Below, piece after piece: positions 53,502-54,625 of a stretch of DNA of 54,625 nucleotides. Made by a program: the position numbers and the translations under genes. Position 1 is the stretch's first letter. Each line of letters begins with the position of its first letter. Origin of the DNA: a virus (Duplodnaviria; Caudoviricetes); IMG/VR virus record IMGVR_UViG_3300033485_000017, positions 1 to 54,625 of that record. One strand, given 5' to 3'. Under the pieces are notes generated by a model. It had not been told where the DNA came from. It did no database searches and saw nothing but the letters and a program-made list of their open reading frames with translations.

Positions 53502-54428
53502 CTACTTCGCCGCAGCCTCGGGGAACGTCACCGTCCCGTTCCACGCCCCGGCATCGTCATACCCACACTCACCACCCAGTTCCGCGACAGCGTTCTGCAC
53601 CCAGTCGGCATTCGTGACCAGCGCCTGGACCGCTGCCAGGTGCTTCGGGTTCATCTTGGCCCGCGTGAAAGCGTTCGTGATGAAGCCCTTGAGGGCCTGC
53701 GCGGACTTGATCGTGTTCTTGGCCCCCGGCTTCTGGGCTGCCACGGCCGCGAGCGCCTTGGAGGCCAGTTGCTCAGGAGTGTCTGCCGCGGACGGCGCTT
53801 CAGGCTTCCCCGCCTCGGCCGCCGCCGGCTTGCCGCCGTTCGCCAGGTAATTGGGGTTGATCCACCGGACCGCCACCTTGTAAGTGATCGGCCGGTCCGC
53901 ACCCTTGTCGTCCTTCATCGGCCGCGTATTCAACCTGGTGCCAAACTTCTCGTTGCATTCCTTCGCTGCAAGGGTCGCCAGTTCGAACTTGAGTCCGACG
54001 AAGTGCGGCGCCCAGGTCTGGTCCAGAACGGCGACTGGGAACCCCTGCTTCTTGAGGGATTCCAGGAATACCATGTACCCGCACGACTTCTGGAACTGCT
54101 CTGCCCCCTCGCAGAATATCGTGTTGCCCTCAACGTCGATCTCCGCGCCCTGGTCGGTGGGGTTGGCATCGTCCGGGCCGCTGCCCTGGCCAGGATGGAA
54201 CGCCGCCAGGCTCTTCTCCCCCATACCGAACCGGATCTCCACGTCATCCGCCCCGCGCACGCGGTCGCCGTCCTTGTCGAGTGGTGCTGCTGTGAATAGA
54301 AGGTGAGGCTGCGTGGCCTTGAAATCGCTCTTGAGGTTCTGGTACTTGGCCCCAGTGACCTCATAGAGCCCGGCTTCGACGCCGCCGCCCTGTTTTGCTT
54401 TCTCCGGGTCTGAACTCGGTCTTGGCAT
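53502..54428 (-). CDS. Hypothetical replication/recombination protein (possible SSB)
   Basis: AAGGAG RBS, strong codon bias, first gene after the promoter; function inferred from context only. Confidence 0.6.
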   Translation of the reverse strand: MPRPSSDPEKAKQGGGVEAGLYEVTGAKYQNLKSDFKATQPHLLFTAAPLDKDGDRVRGADDVEIRFGMGEKSLAAFHPGQGSGPDDANPTDQGAEIDVEGNTIFCEGAEQFQKSCGYMVFLESLKKQGFPVAVLDQTWAPHFVGLKFELATLAAKECNEKFGTRLNTRPMKDDKGADRPITYKVAVRWINPNYLANGGKPAAAEAGKPEAPSAADTPEQLASKALAAVAAQKPGAKNTIKSAQALKGFITNAFTRAKMNPKHLAAVQALVTNADWVQNAVAELGGECGYDDAGAWNGTVTFPEAAAK

Positions 54429-54489
54429 ACTGTTTCGCTTTCTCCTTTTGGGTTGCGGCTTCGATGCCGCTCAAAATAACGCAATTACG

Positions 54490-54518
54490 AGTCTACATTC
54501 TAGGTGAAAGTAGGTCAA
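54490..54518 (-). promoter_or_regulatory. Sigma70-type promoter with operator-like motif in the spacer
   Basis: TTGACC-N17-TAGACT; spacer contains TTTCACCTAGAA. Confidence 0.75.
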
Positions 54519-54552
54519 GAGAAAAATCACACGCGGCCCTAAACTGCTGGAT

Positions 54553-54625
54553 CTATTGGAGTTTAGGCAGAGGGCGGGGGAGGGAATGCTCGGTGCGGAC
54601 CTTGAACCAGGCAGGAAAGTGGTCG
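54553..54625 (-). CDS. Probable 3' end of a gene truncated by the window edge
   Basis: Reads ...DHFPAWFKVRTEHSLPRPLPKLQ*; too short to assign. Confidence 0.35.
   Translation of the reverse strand, partial: DHFPAWFKVRTEHSLPRPLPKLQ

Larger units (their letters stand above)
1..54625. mobile_element. Tailed dsDNA bacteriophage genome segment, podovirus-like, incomplete at both edges
   Basis: Terminase, portal, scaffold, capsid, tail and ejection-type genes in canonical order on +. Polymerase and recombination genes on -. No tape measure, integrase or host housekeeping genes seen. Confidence 0.95.

Noticed and set aside
54585-54625. tRNA-like GGTTCAAG on the minus strand
   Set aside because: No cloverleaf can be built; more likely the end of a CDS.
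1-54625. Stop-codon reassignment; definite host assignment
   Set aside because: Genes are intact under code 11 with all three stops used. An Acidobacteria-like host is only an impression from a few proteins and cannot be shown here.

Overview
This window is most of the genome of a GC-rich tailed dsDNA phage. It looks podovirus-like (P22-type layout): portal, scaffold, capsid, adaptor, nozzle, fibres and three ejection-type proteins, with no tape measure gene. No integrase or host genes are visible, and genes run off both edges. Layout: small leftward early genes (1-2200); a non-coding control/terminus-like region (2200-3146); a rightward packaging, lysis and virion arm (3147-34911); and a leftward arm (34901-54625) holding a ~9 kb glycosyltransferase/methyltransferase/radical-SAM operon plus replication and recombination genes. 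The most unusual observations are: (1) a tightly coupled glycan build-and-cap operon that includes a WbdD-like methyltransferase-kinase; (2) nine perfect copies of the palindrome TTCCGA(C/G)TCGGAA spread across the genome, mostly inside genes; (3) a family A DNA polymerase split into two genes, each carrying a near-identical HPxGKxCPxCGxxH zinc-hook-like insert; (4) a second motif, TTCACCTRGAA, sitting in several promoters and bracketing a small HTH gene; (5) a 7-TM protein convergent with a small Pro-rich peptide ORF; (6) signal peptides on tailspike-like proteins; (7) a terminase split by a DNA methyltransferase. All product calls come from motif recognition by eye; no database searches were run.
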